This document shows, piece after piece, positions 18,210-29,367 of a DNA stretch of 64,000 nt. Position 1 is the stretch's first letter. Each line of letters starts with the position of its first letter. The notes beneath the pieces are model-generated. The model did no database searches, was not told the DNA's origin, and saw only the letters and a program-made list of their open reading frames with translations. The stretch comes from an uncultured Gammaproteobacteria bacterium (GTDB lineage Bacteria; Patescibacteriota; Patescibacteriia; Magasanikbacterales; UBA922): contig CAZQXB010000001.1 in the NCBI GenBank assembly GCA_964597575.1, forward strand, positions 778,892-842,891, given 5' to 3'. Position numbers and translations under genes: made by a program.

Positions 18210-19202
18210 TTATGAAACCGTGTTCGACTGCGGAGGAACAACTTCCCCTCTGAGACGCTGCCACACCCCAACTACATACCCGACCATTTTCGCACCGTCT
18301 CCGAGCATAATGATTCCGGGAAGCAGAAAATAACCGAGGAACCGCTGCATATCTGAGAGCGGTCTTGCAAAAAGAGAAAAACGTTGCCAAAACTTTTTTA
18401 TATAGAGACACGCCCCCACAAACACAACCGGCGCAAAGAGAAGATAATACCCCCCTTGTGCAAAAAGAAAAAGGGACGTAAGTAAACCTCCATACACAAC
18501 ATACCGAATAACCTGCCGGTGAAGCCACAAATTTGCATGCCCGTCTCCACGGGTATACTTATATACCTGACGCAGATATTGTTTGAGCGTTGGTCTTGGT
18601 CGCCAAAAAACCAATGGTTGGCGCACATAGGCAAAAGAGGCTCCGGTATCGCGAAGCGCCAAATCAAAGACAACATCTTCACAAATCGGAAGCCATTCTG
18701 GATATCCTCCAACCGCCTGCCACAAGGTTTTTGTAAATGCGACTGAACGGCTTGATGGCAACCAATCACGTCGAAATTCTTCTGGAGCAGGTGTTGTTGC
18801 GGCAGCGAGCAAATATGCCTTTAGCGTATCTGACTCAAAAAACCACGGACCAAAAGCGGTTGCCGACACAGTCGCTTTTCCCTCGACAATGGGCCCGGTA
18901 ATCGCCTCAAACCATGATTCTCCATATCTGCACCCGGCATCAGCTACCACAATAATATCCCCGGACGCTTGTCGAATCGCTTCGTTTCTTCCCACAGAAA
19001 TATTTCCTTCCTTCTGCACCACTTTTAATTCACTATATTGTTTCATCCCCACCTCTTTTAACCATTCATATGTTCCGTCCGTTGAGCCACCATCAACCAC
19101 CACGACCTCACGAACCCCTTGCTGAAGAGCACACAAACTATCAAGCCAGGCTTCAATATGTTCGCGCTCATTTTTTACAGTTGTAATAAGAGAAACAGAC
19201 AT
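18210..19202 (-). CDS. GT2 glycosyltransferase with C-terminal TMs
   Basis: TVKNE, VVDGGSTD, GRNEAI, ADAG, VGGYPE..CED. Confidence 0.88.
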   Translation of the reverse strand: MSVSLITTVKNEREHIEAWLDSLCALQQGVREVVVVDGGSTDGTYEWLKEVGMKQYSELKVVQKEGNISVGRNEAIRQASGDIIVVADAGCRYGESWFEAITGPIVEGKATVSATAFGPWFFESDTLKAYLLAAATTPAPEEFRRDWLPSSRSVAFTKTLWQAVGGYPEWLPICEDVVFDLALRDTGASFAYVRQPLVFWRPRPTLKQYLRQVYKYTRGDGHANLWLHRQVIRYVVYGGLLTSLFLFAQGGYYLLFAPVVFVGACLYIKKFWQRFSLFARPLSDMQRFLGYFLLPGIIMLGDGAKMVGYVVGVWQRLRGEVVPPQSNTVS

Positions 19203-19212
19203 AACAGTAATG

Positions 19213-20097
19213 CTAACGAAAACGTGTTTTTATAAACACAGACACTCTTCCAAAGAGGGTAATGAGTGCAAGAAGAGAAAACTTTCGCAAACCAGTATAC
19301 TGCTTTCTTACAAAAAGTGACAGGCTCAAAAGAAAGTGTTTTAAGCGTTCGGCATCGTGAGTTCGCGTATAACTTCCACCATACACATGCATAACGGGTG
19401 GCGTCGCAATAACTCGCACGTCGAAACCCTTCCGTTTTAACCGCCACGCAAGATCAGTCTCTTCAAAATACATAAAGTACTCCTCACCCAAAAATCCCAC
19501 CTCTTTCAAAGCACTCATCCGCAAAAGACAGGCGGCTCCGGTTGCGTAATCGACGGGAAGTCCGTCTGGCGGAATGGTCTGTGGAAACACGGCCATATCA
19601 TGAAACCATGCCCGGACACGACTCGGCAAAAAGCTCGTAACGGGAAGTAGATACCGAAGAACGTTAAAAAATGTAGGAAAGTATCCCCCTACGGATTGAA
19701 GCGTCCCATCCGGGTACACCATTTGCGGCCCGACCATCGCAACTTTGGGATGGTTATCCAAATAGCCGACGAGCGACTGAAGCGTCTCTTCGTGTACTTC
19801 CGTATCACTATTTACAAGCCAACCATAGGTTTCATCAAGGCAATTTTGTAGCGCCCGATTATTTGCTTTTCCAAATCCTAAATTAGCTTCATTCACGATA
19901 AGCACCACGTCCGGAAATTCTGCTTTGACCATCTCCGCACTTCCGTCGGTTGAGGCGTTATCGACCACAATAATTTTTTTCAAAGAAAAACTGCTTTTGT
20001 GCAAAGCCAGAAGAGCCCGACGAGTAAGCTCACGCGTATTGAAACTGACGACGATGGCCACAACAGTGCTAGCGCTTTGGGCATTCATACAAATCAA
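19213..20097 (-). CDS. GT2 glycosyltransferase (WbbL-like), paralog of 17340-18203
   Basis: VVDNASTD, NLGFGKANN, VNSD, YFMYFEETD. Confidence 0.9.
   Translation of the reverse strand: MICMNAQSASTVVAIVVSFNTRELTRRALLALHKSSFSLKKIIVVDNASTDGSAEMVKAEFPDVVLIVNEANLGFGKANNRALQNCLDETYGWLVNSDTEVHEETLQSLVGYLDNHPKVAMVGPQMVYPDGTLQSVGGYFPTFFNVLRYLLPVTSFLPSRVRAWFHDMAVFPQTIPPDGLPVDYATGAACLLRMSALKEVGFLGEEYFMYFEETDLAWRLKRKGFDVRVIATPPVMHVYGGSYTRTHDAERLKHFLLSLSLFVRKQYTGLRKFSLLALITLFGRVSVFIKTRFR
19865..19971. repeat. 107-bp direct repeat, copy 2
   Basis: Matches 17998-18104 at offset 1867. Confidence 0.95.
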
Positions 20098-22210
20098 AGA
20101 TCACTTTAAAATACCCAACACTATCTGTCTTCGTACACCGTGAAGCTACGACATTTCGAATGACTTCTTCAGGGTCTTTCTGCCATGCTAAAAATTGCGT
20201 AAGCCAGACCCGCTCATGACGCTCTATAATATCTTCTACGTGAGAAAGTACTTCGGGGTCTGTATTCCCGCTAATTCGCTGATGCGGATAAATGGCACTG
20301 ACTTCAATCGGAGCGGTTTGATATACCCGAAATGATGGTGGCGGCTCAACTCCCTCAAGCCCATAGAATATTACTACATCTTGCGGTTCAGTTTTTGCAC
20401 CAAGCGCCTCTACGGCTTGACGCCAAGGTTCTCGTCCAAAAAGCGGATGAAAAAGATACAAAGCCAGAGTAATACTGTATGCCACACCCACTGCCCCTAT
20501 AATCCAGGATCCGGCTTTTTTTGAACGCTCAAGCAGAGCAACGCACCCATGAATAAGAGTAAGAGCGAGGAGCGGGTAGAGGGTAGCGTGATATCGCGGA
20601 TCAAAGAGGGAAACTTTGGTCGCCGATACGACCAGTGCCAAAGCAAAGGCAATACCACTTACAAACACAAGTGGCTGCACTTGTTTCCAGGCATATCGGC
20701 AGGCCATAAAAAGAACTGCACCGACCCCGATTGCCGCAAGCCCAATTACCGCGGTTGGCCAATACCAGTGCAAATGGTTCATGTCCGTAATCCCTACTCG
20801 CCCACCAAGAAATCCTAGTACAACAATCGCCGGGATTTGCCACCATGGTATGGTGAGAAAATGAGCAGCATCTTCATGGAGACGGGCCTCGGCTAAAACG
20901 TATACCCATGGCACATACAAAAGAAAAAGAGTGCCAACCGACAGAAGAAGTGCTTTAGTATCAATTCGACGCCAAAGTGCATAGACCAGCTGACCGACCA
21001 GCACAAACAAAATAGGGTAAAAGGTATAGAGAAGAATAATCGAGATCAAAAGGAAAGAAAGAACAGAACGTCTTTCTTTTGGTGAAGCCAAAAATCGTTC
21101 AAAACACATCCACTGAATAAGTGTGAGAAGTATAACAACCATCGACGACCGAAGCTCGCCTGCATAGTATAGGACAAACGGCGAGAGTGCCACGAGCCCG
21201 AGCGCGCTGTTCAGTACCCACGATTTTTTTTCAGGATACAACGTACGTACTCGCGCATAGAGGAGAAGAGTAAAAAGAATGAACGCCATCACACTCACTC
21301 CCCGAAGGATCGTTACCGATGGCGGAAAAATGAAAAGAAGAGTGTGGAGGAAAATATAGTATAGCGGCGGATGAAGATCGGTATGAATGGAACGATACAC
21401 TATTTCTCGCACACTATCTTGCGCAAACGACCAAGACAGTCCTTCATCGAGCCAAACCGATTGTCGCAGAGCAAGGCCAATGACCAGAAGTCCAAACGAA
21501 AGAAATCCTAAAAAGACACGGTGATTGGTCCAAATTCTTTGTGCCGTATAGCGCACGACCTGGCATGCAAACAAAAAATATTCCTTACTGTTGAGCTTTG
21601 AAACACTGTGCTTTCTCATGCGAAACGTAAATGGAAATTCTTTTACCGTCTGGTATGAACCCTTTACTAGAATTTCGAGAAGAATCTTATACCCGGTTGT
21701 GGTAAGCACGGTGTTTGCAATAACCTCTTTTTTCATGAGAAAAAAACCACTGAGCGGATCTTCTGTTCGAGTTAACTTTCTCGCCGCCCACACCCCACAC
21801 TCTGAGGTCATTCGCCGCCACCAGGCCCAAGATTCCACTTTGCTCGTTTCCCCAAAACGACTACCAATCGCGATATCTCCTCCGGCACGAAGGGCTGCAA
21901 TCATCTGAGGGAGAATCGAAGGATCATGGCTGAGGTCAGCATCCATTACCCCAACAAGATCTCCTTTGGCCACCGCAAATCCAGCACGCACTGCACTTCC
22001 AAGACCGGCCTTACCAGGGCGCTCAATGAGGTGAATCGGATATTTTTTCATGAGTTCTTTTACTACCATGGCCGTTTTGTCCGGAGAATTATCATCAACA
22101 ATAATATACTCAACATCTTCGTTCCGAAGATGTTCTGCAACCTCCTCAAGAAGAAGGGGCACATTTTTTGCCTCATTATAGGTAGGAATAATAAGAGAAA
22201 TACGAGACAT
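20069..22210 (-). CDS. Fusion: polyprenol-monophosphomannose synthase-like GT2 + GT-C (PMT/ArnT-like) membrane transferase
   Basis: N-term IPTYNE, VDDNSPD, MDADLSHDP, DPLSGFF, GYKILLE; C-term SVWLDE, HPPLYY, multiple TMs. Confidence 0.85.
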   Translation of the reverse strand: MSRISLIIPTYNEAKNVPLLLEEVAEHLRNEDVEYIIVDDNSPDKTAMVVKELMKKYPIHLIERPGKAGLGSAVRAGFAVAKGDLVGVMDADLSHDPSILPQMIAALRAGGDIAIGSRFGETSKVESWAWWRRMTSECGVWAARKLTRTEDPLSGFFLMKKEVIANTVLTTTGYKILLEILVKGSYQTVKEFPFTFRMRKHSVSKLNSKEYFLFACQVVRYTAQRIWTNHRVFLGFLSFGLLVIGLALRQSVWLDEGLSWSFAQDSVREIVYRSIHTDLHPPLYYIFLHTLLFIFPPSVTILRGVSVMAFILFTLLLYARVRTLYPEKKSWVLNSALGLVALSPFVLYYAGELRSSMVVILLTLIQWMCFERFLASPKERRSVLSFLLISIILLYTFYPILFVLVGQLVYALWRRIDTKALLLSVGTLFLLYVPWVYVLAEARLHEDAAHFLTIPWWQIPAIVVLGFLGGRVGITDMNHLHWYWPTAVIGLAAIGVGAVLFMACRYAWKQVQPLVFVSGIAFALALVVSATKVSLFDPRYHATLYPLLALTLIHGCVALLERSKKAGSWIIGAVGVAYSITLALYLFHPLFGREPWRQAVEALGAKTEPQDVVIFYGLEGVEPPPSFRVYQTAPIEVSAIYPHQRISGNTDPEVLSHVEDIIERHERVWLTQFLAWQKDPEEVIRNVVASRCTKTDSVGYFKVIFDLYECPKR

Positions 22211-22212
22211 AC

Positions 22213-23400
22213 CTATTGATGTTTTTCAATAATTCTCTCTGAACCAACATGGAAATCATCGAACTCACTTCGTACCTTTAAAATAGTTTCAACGATGCAA
22301 ATCGGCCGGTACGAGCAACCTTGCATAATAAGAAATACCGGCATATACCCGAGCATCATTTGCAAAAGGTATGGAATCACCATGCAAAAAGCAATAACAC
22401 CACCAACAAACCACTTCTTTCCGGCATCATACCAGTGAATAAGCGGGTAGATCGCGAGTGGTAGAACGAACCAGGCAGCAATAAAAACCGTCCGGCTCAT
22501 GAAAATAGGCCAACCTAAATAGGAAAGACTTGGTAAGAAAATGGCTGCAAGGTATACCTTTATGTCAACGGAAAGAGTCGCACGATGACGCCACAACAAA
22601 TACGCACCGATTGCCGCCAAAAGCAGCCAGGCATTAAAAGTCGTCAAATGAATTCCAAACCATTTAAAGAAGGTGTACTCATGGGCGTAGATGCGCCAGT
22701 TATCCATGAGCCATTCATACGAAGAATATCCAAGCACCTTTCCTCGCCACTGATTTACCACAAGAGTAAACGCCGGAAGAATGGCATAGACCAGGCCCGC
22801 TTTTATCGTCGGTTTCAAGCCCGAGCGAAAAAGATGTTCAAGCAAAAGCCCAGCCATGAAAAGCGCACTCATGGAACCACTCTCTTTGGTGAGCATCCCC
22901 AAACTTACCGCGGCTCCCCCAGCCCACAAAAATCGCACAGCTTTTGTTTCTCGCCATCGCCAGGCAGTATACACTCCAATTACAAACCACGCGTAGCCAC
23001 CGATATCCTGTACCTGAGTCAAACCATACCGAAGCAGTGGATACGCTGGAACAAGAAGAAGAACCGCGGCCACACCAGCCAAACGCCGAGCAAACACTCG
23101 CCGAAATAATCCATAGGTGGCCAAAATCATGGCCACATAAAAAATGATGTTCGTAAAAATAAGGGAATTTACGGGCGAAAGAAATCGAAATACTGTTACT
23201 CCAACGATTGGATAGAAAGGGTTGAGATACCGATTCGGGTGGAGCGGGCTATCCCCCCCTCGAAATCGCTCAATCGTCCACACAAAACTGTCTGTATCAT
23301 TATTCGGACGAAAACCAAACACGACACTATACACGACAAGGTGAAGGATCGCAAACCCTACAATAAGAAGAAGGAGTCGGTTACGCTTTACCCAATCCAT
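22213..23400 (-). CDS. Polytopic membrane protein, GT-C (family 39/83-like)
   Basis: ~10 TM, acidic first loop (NNDTDS), GMLTKES motif typical of GT-C. Confidence 0.65.
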   Translation of the reverse strand: MDWVKRNRLLLLIVGFAILHLVVYSVVFGFRPNNDTDSFVWTIERFRGGDSPLHPNRYLNPFYPIVGVTVFRFLSPVNSLIFTNIIFYVAMILATYGLFRRVFARRLAGVAAVLLLVPAYPLLRYGLTQVQDIGGYAWFVIGVYTAWRWRETKAVRFLWAGGAAVSLGMLTKESGSMSALFMAGLLLEHLFRSGLKPTIKAGLVYAILPAFTLVVNQWRGKVLGYSSYEWLMDNWRIYAHEYTFFKWFGIHLTTFNAWLLLAAIGAYLLWRHRATLSVDIKVYLAAIFLPSLSYLGWPIFMSRTVFIAAWFVLPLAIYPLIHWYDAGKKWFVGGVIAFCMVIPYLLQMMLGYMPVFLIMQGCSYRPICIVETILKVRSEFDDFHVGSERIIEKHQ

Positions 23401-24076
23401 ATTTTACAATGCAATAAAATGCTTTGACTCCATCTTTCCACGTAATCTTTTTTCCTTCGGCATAAGTCCGCCCATTATAGGAAATGCCGACCTCATAAAT
23501 TTTGATTCCTTTTACTTTAGCGAGCTTTGCCGTAATTTCCGGCTCAAATCCAAATCGATTCTGCTCAAGGGTAAGTGACTGAAGAATGGATCGACGAATC
23601 AATTTGTAACAAGTCTCCATGTCTGTCAGATTGATATTCGTAAACATGTTTGACGCAAGTGTTAGAATCTTATTTCCCACATAATGCCAGTAGTACACGA
23701 CGCGATGCGGACCACCCCCCAAAAAACGCGACCCAAACACGGCATCGGCCTGCCACATCGTAACTGGCTCTAAAAGCCGAGGGTACTCTGCTGGATCATA
23801 CTCTAAGTCAGCATCTTGGACCAAAACGAAATCCCCGGTAGCGTGAGTAAAACCGGTTTTTAAGGCACCACCCTTGCCTTTGTTTACCTCGTGGTGCACG
23901 ACAGTATATTTCGAAGATACACTTTCAAGAAGTTCTCGAGTTTTGTCTTTGGAACAATCATTGACGACAATAATTTCTTTTTCCCAGCCTGGAGTCGGGG
24001 CGTTTGCTACTTTTTCAAGAAGCATGAGAATTGTCTTTTCTTCGTTATAGGCCGGTACGACGATCGTGAGTTTCAT
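23381..24076 (-). CDS. GT2 DPM1-like polyprenyl-phosphate glycosyltransferase
   Basis: [42 protein letters not shown]. Confidence 0.9.
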   Translation of the reverse strand: MKLTIVVPAYNEEKTILMLLEKVANAPTPGWEKEIIVVNDCSKDKTRELLESVSSKYTVVHHEVNKGKGGALKTGFTHATGDFVLVQDADLEYDPAEYPRLLEPVTMWQADAVFGSRFLGGGPHRVVYYWHYVGNKILTLASNMFTNINLTDMETCYKLIRRSILQSLTLEQNRFGFEPEITAKLAKVKGIKIYEVGISYNGRTYAEGKKITWKDGVKAFYCIVKYGLGKA

Positions 24077-24084
24077 AATACAAG

Positions 24085-25263
24085 TTAAGTAATAATATGT
24101 TGGTATATGGCAGACAGGTTCTTACGAAAACGATCTGCAGTAAAATCCCCAGCTCGCACCTGTGCACGACCTGCCACACGAGCCCGCTCGAGAGGATCGT
24201 CGTAGCGAAGGATCGCCGTAGCAATGTCCCCGGGACTCATCGGATTTACCAGAATCGCCGCGTCCCCCACCACGTCTGGAATCGCACCAGAACGAGCGGC
24301 GATGATTGGGCAGCGATTCATCATGGCTTCAACGAGCACATACCCAAACTGCTCTTGCCATAAAAAAGTAGGCACACTCGCGAGAATGAAGCAGTGCGCA
24401 TATTGATAAAAGGCACGCACTTCAGCATTCGGAAGACGTGGAATATACGTTACCGTGTCTTCAAGCTTCCACTCTTTGAGAAGCGATAAAATATAGGAAG
24501 CCTCGGGGCCCGAGCCCACCATAACCAGATGCTTATCTTTCAATTTTCCCTGAAAAGCGAGCATCTGCCAGGCAAACAATACATCGTACACACCTTTTTC
24601 CTTCACCATGCGGTTCACCATCATGATTAATTTTTTTCCACTCGATCGAAGGGTTTCCAAAACAGGTGAAAAGGAAACGGTCGTTTCAAGGGGTATAAGC
24701 CCTGGCGAAAGCACGGTTATTTTTTCCTGCGGTACCCCATACGAAGAAAGAAGTGCGGCTGAGGTTTCTGACACCGGCAAAAAAAGATCCACCCCTTCTA
24801 CCACCTCTGCGATACGACCCTGCATCCGTCGACGCCAAAGCCGTGGTGGATGAGCAAATGGTGGAATGTATCCAAATTCAAAACGACCAAAACTATTATC
24901 CCAGACCGTCGTAACCACCTTCAGTGCCGGATTTTGTTTTTTGGCACGCACCGCCTGAAGCGTATACGAAAAATACAGTTCTGCCGTGTGGGCAATATGC
25001 ATGCCTTTTAGTACTCGCTCAAGACCGTGCATCGTCTGAAGCCCGGCCAAACACACCCGGTCAAGAACAGAGGTGATGCGTGTGTCCGAAGAAGAGGGCA
25101 ACCGGAGCACAGGAAACCCCAGGGTGTCGGTGGGGTAAAGATTTTTTTTGCTCGCAATGCCCGTAACCGAAAAATCCCCTGGGAGAGCATCCCACATTTT
25201 TCCCTCCCACGGATTTAGGCTATCCCCTCTTACGAGTGCGACTTGCGTCGGTCCTCTTGCCAT
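24085..25263 (-). CDS. GT4 glycosyltransferase
   Basis: [30 protein letters not shown]; start set at internal ATG 25263. Confidence 0.88.
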   Translation of the reverse strand: MARGPTQVALVRGDSLNPWEGKMWDALPGDFSVTGIASKKNLYPTDTLGFPVLRLPSSSDTRITSVLDRVCLAGLQTMHGLERVLKGMHIAHTAELYFSYTLQAVRAKKQNPALKVVTTVWDNSFGRFEFGYIPPFAHPPRLWRRRMQGRIAEVVEGVDLFLPVSETSAALLSSYGVPQEKITVLSPGLIPLETTVSFSPVLETLRSSGKKLIMMVNRMVKEKGVYDVLFAWQMLAFQGKLKDKHLVMVGSGPEASYILSLLKEWKLEDTVTYIPRLPNAEVRAFYQYAHCFILASVPTFLWQEQFGYVLVEAMMNRCPIIAARSGAIPDVVGDAAILVNPMSPGDIATAILRYDDPLERARVAGRAQVRAGDFTADRFRKNLSAIYQHIIT

Positions 25264-26066
25264 ATACGATAGTATAACGCGCTGTAGTAAACGTATTGTT
25301 GGAGTGCAATATTCCAGCCAGTCCACGAAGTAAAAAGTCCATTTTTAAGCTGACCAAGAAAATTTTTAACCGGATAGACCAGCAGAAAAAACAAAGGGTG
25401 CGAACGAACTTTTTTTGTATACAGAACCCAATTTTCTGGAGTATCCTGAAATGTTTCGTAGCATACCTTTTCTGGAAAGAAATATGGTACATGGGAACGA
25501 AGCCAATAGTCTCGTTTGCGGTTGGCTGTCTCCCATGACAGATTACTATATAATGGGCGATGGCGCAAAAAAAGTGATGTTTTCTTTACAGCCCCGCCTA
25601 CTCGGAGCCCTTCTTGGGGAATACCCCAGTACTGCAAAGCGCTCCGACGGGCTAAACAAAACTTTTGCACCCCTTGGGAGTGAAACGGCCTCTTTCCATC
25701 CCACAACTCCCATTGGAAAATATATCCATTCACGTTTGGGTTAGCAACCAACCGACGAATTTCTGCGTACACCTCGGGCGAGCCATCGAGGTACTCATCT
25801 GCATCAATCTGGAAAATCCACTCACCCTTTGCTAACTCAAACGTTCGAGAACGATGAGGCTCTGCAATACCAATATGAGGACGCTCTTCTAAGGTCGCCC
25901 CAAACTCCTTCGCTAAGCGCTGTGCGACTTCATCACACACACCATCATAGACCATGACAATATCCTGAACAAGCGGACGCACACTTTGAAGTGCACGCCG
26001 AAGCATATCTTCTTTCTCTTGATAAACCACGAGGCAGGCGGTGATTGGATGGTTGGAAGAAATCAT
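25230..26066 (-). CDS. GT2 glycosyltransferase
   Basis: WIFQIDADE DxD motif; ATGA overlap with upstream gene stop. Confidence 0.8.
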   Translation of the reverse strand: MISSNHPITACLVVYQEKEDMLRRALQSVRPLVQDIVMVYDGVCDEVAQRLAKEFGATLEERPHIGIAEPHRSRTFELAKGEWIFQIDADEYLDGSPEVYAEIRRLVANPNVNGYIFQWELWDGKRPFHSQGVQKFCLARRSALQYWGIPQEGLRVGGAVKKTSLFLRHRPLYSNLSWETANRKRDYWLRSHVPYFFPEKVCYETFQDTPENWVLYTKKVRSHPLFFLLVYPVKNFLGQLKNGLFTSWTGWNIALQQYVYYSALYYRIWQEDRRKSHS

Positions 26067-27496
26067 ATACTTTTCTTTGAAGATTGCTTTTCGAAAACCC
26101 ACACGAGAAAATGCGCCATACGGTCTGACCCAAAAAACGGAACGCTGCGAACCTTCGCAAAGTCGTGAACTTTCCACGCCAGTCGCCGAGCGGTACGATG
26201 AATGAGTTGAAAAAAAGTTGATTGTGGAATGTCACTTTTGTAAAAGGTGTCTAACAAACGTGAGGAGTACATTTCCTTGTAATTGCGAATGTCCTCTTCA
26301 CTTGGCGACCAAGGAGTCAACACATACACCGCGGGAAGCTTCACTAATTGTGGTTCTTGCAAAATTGAATGACCTTTACTATCTAGAATCTCCACAAACG
26401 CTTTTTCCACCTGTCTAGTTACTTTTTCTGGATCATACACTTCCCTTACCTTTTTATTACCCGCAGTACCCATCTCCTCTCTTTTTGATTTATTCTTCCC
26501 GAGAAAAATAACGGCTCCAGCCATCTGTTCTGGAGTATTGGCGATATACCCATTCTTTCCATGATCCACTTGCTCGATCTGCCCATTATCCTTATTCGGG
26601 GTACTATGCGTGATAACAGGCTTCTTCCAATACATCGCCTCATTAATTGTATTTCCAAACGCTTCACCAATCTTTGAAGTGTGAGTCAAAATATCAATGG
26701 TCTGGTAGAAGCGATGAACTTCTGCCTCATTCGCGGTTTCAGGAATAAGCACCACCTTATCCTCTGACCACATCTTTCGAACCCAATTTTTTCGTGAGGA
26801 TGGAACATCTTGAATCAGACAAGTGATCTCTGGGTTTTGCTTAAAAAGAATTGGTAGCATTTCTAAGAGTAAATCACTCCACTTGGTAATATCGGGTCGA
26901 CCCAACCTACCGATAACAAGATTATTTTTTGGAATCTTAAGAAATCTTTTATACTCCTCAATCTGCTCTGGTGTAAGCCTGTAATTTTCAAAAGAGGCGC
27001 AATCTACTGGGTTATATACCACATGCATTTTTTTGGGATTATACCCCCCACCAGTAGCCGAAATAAACCTCTCATTCAACATCATCTTACTTTTTAGCAA
27101 ATGCATATCAATCACACTACCCGTGACCGAATCATACTGACCAAACACATTGGTCTCAACAATTGCTGCTTGCGGAAGCATCACTCTTAATTTCTGCAGC
27201 AGCTCGCGCTCAAGCTGATTAGGCCCGCCTGAACGGTGAATATGAATCACGGCGGGTTGCTCTTTTTCAGCAAGGGCAAATATTTTCTCAAGGTCTCCCG
27301 CAGCCACCAGTGTTGGAATCCCCAACGACTCAAAATCTTTTTGCCGAGAACCCCCTTCTCCATAGGATATCGCAAAAATCTGAAAATAATCCTTTCGTAA
27401 ATATTTGCAAAAAGAAAACATGGTCCGCTGAGCTCCCGCGTAGGCAAACGAAGTATTAATCTCAAAGACTTTTATTTTTTGAGCTGCTTCATCCAT
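26063..27496 (-). CDS. GT4 glycosyltransferase (AT-richer than neighbours)
   Basis: GAQR, GRLGR, GEAFGNTINEAM, EQVDHGKNGY. Confidence 0.85.
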   Translation of the reverse strand: MDEAAQKIKVFEINTSFAYAGAQRTMFSFCKYLRKDYFQIFAISYGEGGSRQKDFESLGIPTLVAAGDLEKIFALAEKEQPAVIHIHRSGGPNQLERELLQKLRVMLPQAAIVETNVFGQYDSVTGSVIDMHLLKSKMMLNERFISATGGGYNPKKMHVVYNPVDCASFENYRLTPEQIEEYKRFLKIPKNNLVIGRLGRPDITKWSDLLLEMLPILFKQNPEITCLIQDVPSSRKNWVRKMWSEDKVVLIPETANEAEVHRFYQTIDILTHTSKIGEAFGNTINEAMYWKKPVITHSTPNKDNGQIEQVDHGKNGYIANTPEQMAGAVIFLGKNKSKREEMGTAGNKKVREVYDPEKVTRQVEKAFVEILDSKGHSILQEPQLVKLPAVYVLTPWSPSEEDIRNYKEMYSSRLLDTFYKSDIPQSTFFQLIHRTARRLAWKVHDFAKVRSVPFFGSDRMAHFLVWVFEKQSSKKSI

Positions 27497-29358
27497 AGTT
27501 CAATCATAAGGAGTGCCCACAAGTGATTACTGTAGTCAGCCACCTTTTCTTCGTGATCACGAAAAACGCGCTTGAGGGTTGTTTCCGAAAAAATGGATTT
27601 CGTTTCAGCCGCAGAGTCAAAAAGTACCTCTTTCGCAAATACCCCAAACTTCTCACGAAACAGTCGGTCGAGTGGCATACTGAACCCTTGTTTGGGGCGA
27701 TTCAATACCGACTGCGGCAAAATATCCTGAACGACTTGTCGCCACACCCACTTGCCTCCTTGGCGCAAATGAAGCCGGGCTGGAATCTGGTTCGCCAAAG
27801 CAACGACCCGAGGATCCAAAAATGGTGAACGCACTTCTAGAGCCGAGTGCATGCTCGCCATATCTACCTTATACAAGTATCCATCAGGAAGGCGTCCTTC
27901 TTGATCAGCAAGAAGTGCCGCCGCGAGGGGCCCTTCGGGCAGATATTGCTTTACCCAGTTATATAGTGCGCTTTTCTTCTTTTGACTCAAAATGCGCGCA
28001 CGAAAAGTGTCGGTAAAAAGATCGGCTTCCGTAATATATCTTTTGGAAATAGGTAAAGCGTCTTTCCAAACACTAAATCTTTTTACATACATATCGGCGA
28101 CGTCTCCGGTCATCACTTCAAGCGGGTACGCTGCTCGAGGCGATACGATAGCCGCTGCTCGCGCCGCCGCCACCCGGAGGGTATTCGGAACATGAGCGTA
28201 GGCACGAAAGAGGCGCATATGCTGGTATGTATCGTACCCACCAAATAATTCATCGGCCCCATCCCCTCCCAAAACGACGGTCGAATGTTTTTTCATGTGC
28301 TCGGCCACAATAAGGCTTGGAACAGCAGATTGGTCGGTGAATGGCTCATCGTAGGTTTCAGCCACTCTTAAAACAAACGCTTCAAGAGATGTCTCTGGCA
28401 CAATAATTTCTTCATGTATATCTGACAGGCCAAAATGTTTGGCCACGCTTCTCGCTGAACGCGTATCATCATTTTCGCCCCCCAGCGCAACACAGTATGT
28501 TTTTGGTTTGAAACCCGCTGCTGAAAGTGCAGCCACAACTGAACTCGAGTCCACTCCACCACTTAGAAAGGCGCCGACCGGCACGTCAGAAGTAACGAGG
28601 CGTGCTACCGCTGCCTCAGAAAATGCTTTCCACAAATCTTTCTTCATCACCTGAAGAGAAGGCATGACTCTCGTCTGATTTTCTCGTCGAGCATATCGAC
28701 GAACCTGAACAACACCGCGGTGCCATACTAACGTATGACCAGCAGGGAGTTTAGAAACTCCCTGAATTCCAGTTTGTGGTGCCGGCACAAACCGGAGCGA
28801 AAGGACGTCCGGAAAAACAGACCAATCAATGTCTTTTTTTATCTCAGGGTGGGTTAAGAGAGCCTTCAGTTCTGAGGCAAAAAGAAGTGTTTCTCCAAGC
28901 TCGGTATAGACAAAAGGTTTTTCCCCCATAGGGTCACGCGCGGCAAACAAGCGCTCTTCGTGCGTATCCCAAATAGCAAAAGCAAACATGCCATTCAATT
29001 TTTCCAAACACGCTTCTCCCCACGCAGCATAAGCAGTCAAAAGAACCTCGGTATCGCTTTCTGAAGAAAAAGAATGACCAAGGAGGCGCAACTCTTCACG
29101 GAGCGCTTGATAGTTAAAAATCTCTCCATTGAAAACGATAACGTAACGAGCATCATGACTTTGCTTTGGCTGTACCCCACCCAAAGAGAGGTCGATAATA
29201 GACAACCGTGCATGCCCAAAAGCAGCCGTTTGCTTCTCATTCACCCACTCTCCTTCGGCGTCTGGTCCACGATGACGAACTGCAAGGCGCATCTGTCGGA
29301 CATGAGAGGGCCGGTTCGAGAGAGGGCGTTGTCCGACACTGCCGACAATGCCACACAT
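27472..29358 (-). CDS. asnB: Asparagine synthase-type glutamine amidotransferase (likely sugar amidation)
   Basis: MCGI N-terminus, HRGPD, FNGEIFN, SDTEV, FLSGGVDSS, GDGADELFGGY, RPKQGF; located in a glycan cluster. Confidence 0.93.
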   Translation of the reverse strand: MCGIVGSVGQRPLSNRPSHVRQMRLAVRHRGPDAEGEWVNEKQTAAFGHARLSIIDLSLGGVQPKQSHDARYVIVFNGEIFNYQALREELRLLGHSFSSESDTEVLLTAYAAWGEACLEKLNGMFAFAIWDTHEERLFAARDPMGEKPFVYTELGETLLFASELKALLTHPEIKKDIDWSVFPDVLSLRFVPAPQTGIQGVSKLPAGHTLVWHRGVVQVRRYARRENQTRVMPSLQVMKKDLWKAFSEAAVARLVTSDVPVGAFLSGGVDSSSVVAALSAAGFKPKTYCVALGGENDDTRSARSVAKHFGLSDIHEEIIVPETSLEAFVLRVAETYDEPFTDQSAVPSLIVAEHMKKHSTVVLGGDGADELFGGYDTYQHMRLFRAYAHVPNTLRVAAARAAAIVSPRAAYPLEVMTGDVADMYVKRFSVWKDALPISKRYITEADLFTDTFRARILSQKKKSALYNWVKQYLPEGPLAAALLADQEGRLPDGYLYKVDMASMHSALEVRSPFLDPRVVALANQIPARLHLRQGGKWVWRQVVQDILPQSVLNRPKQGFSMPLDRLFREKFGVFAKEVLFDSAAETKSIFSETTLKRVFRDHEEKVADYSNHLWALLMIELWMKQLKK

Positions 29359-29367
29359 ACTAGAAAA

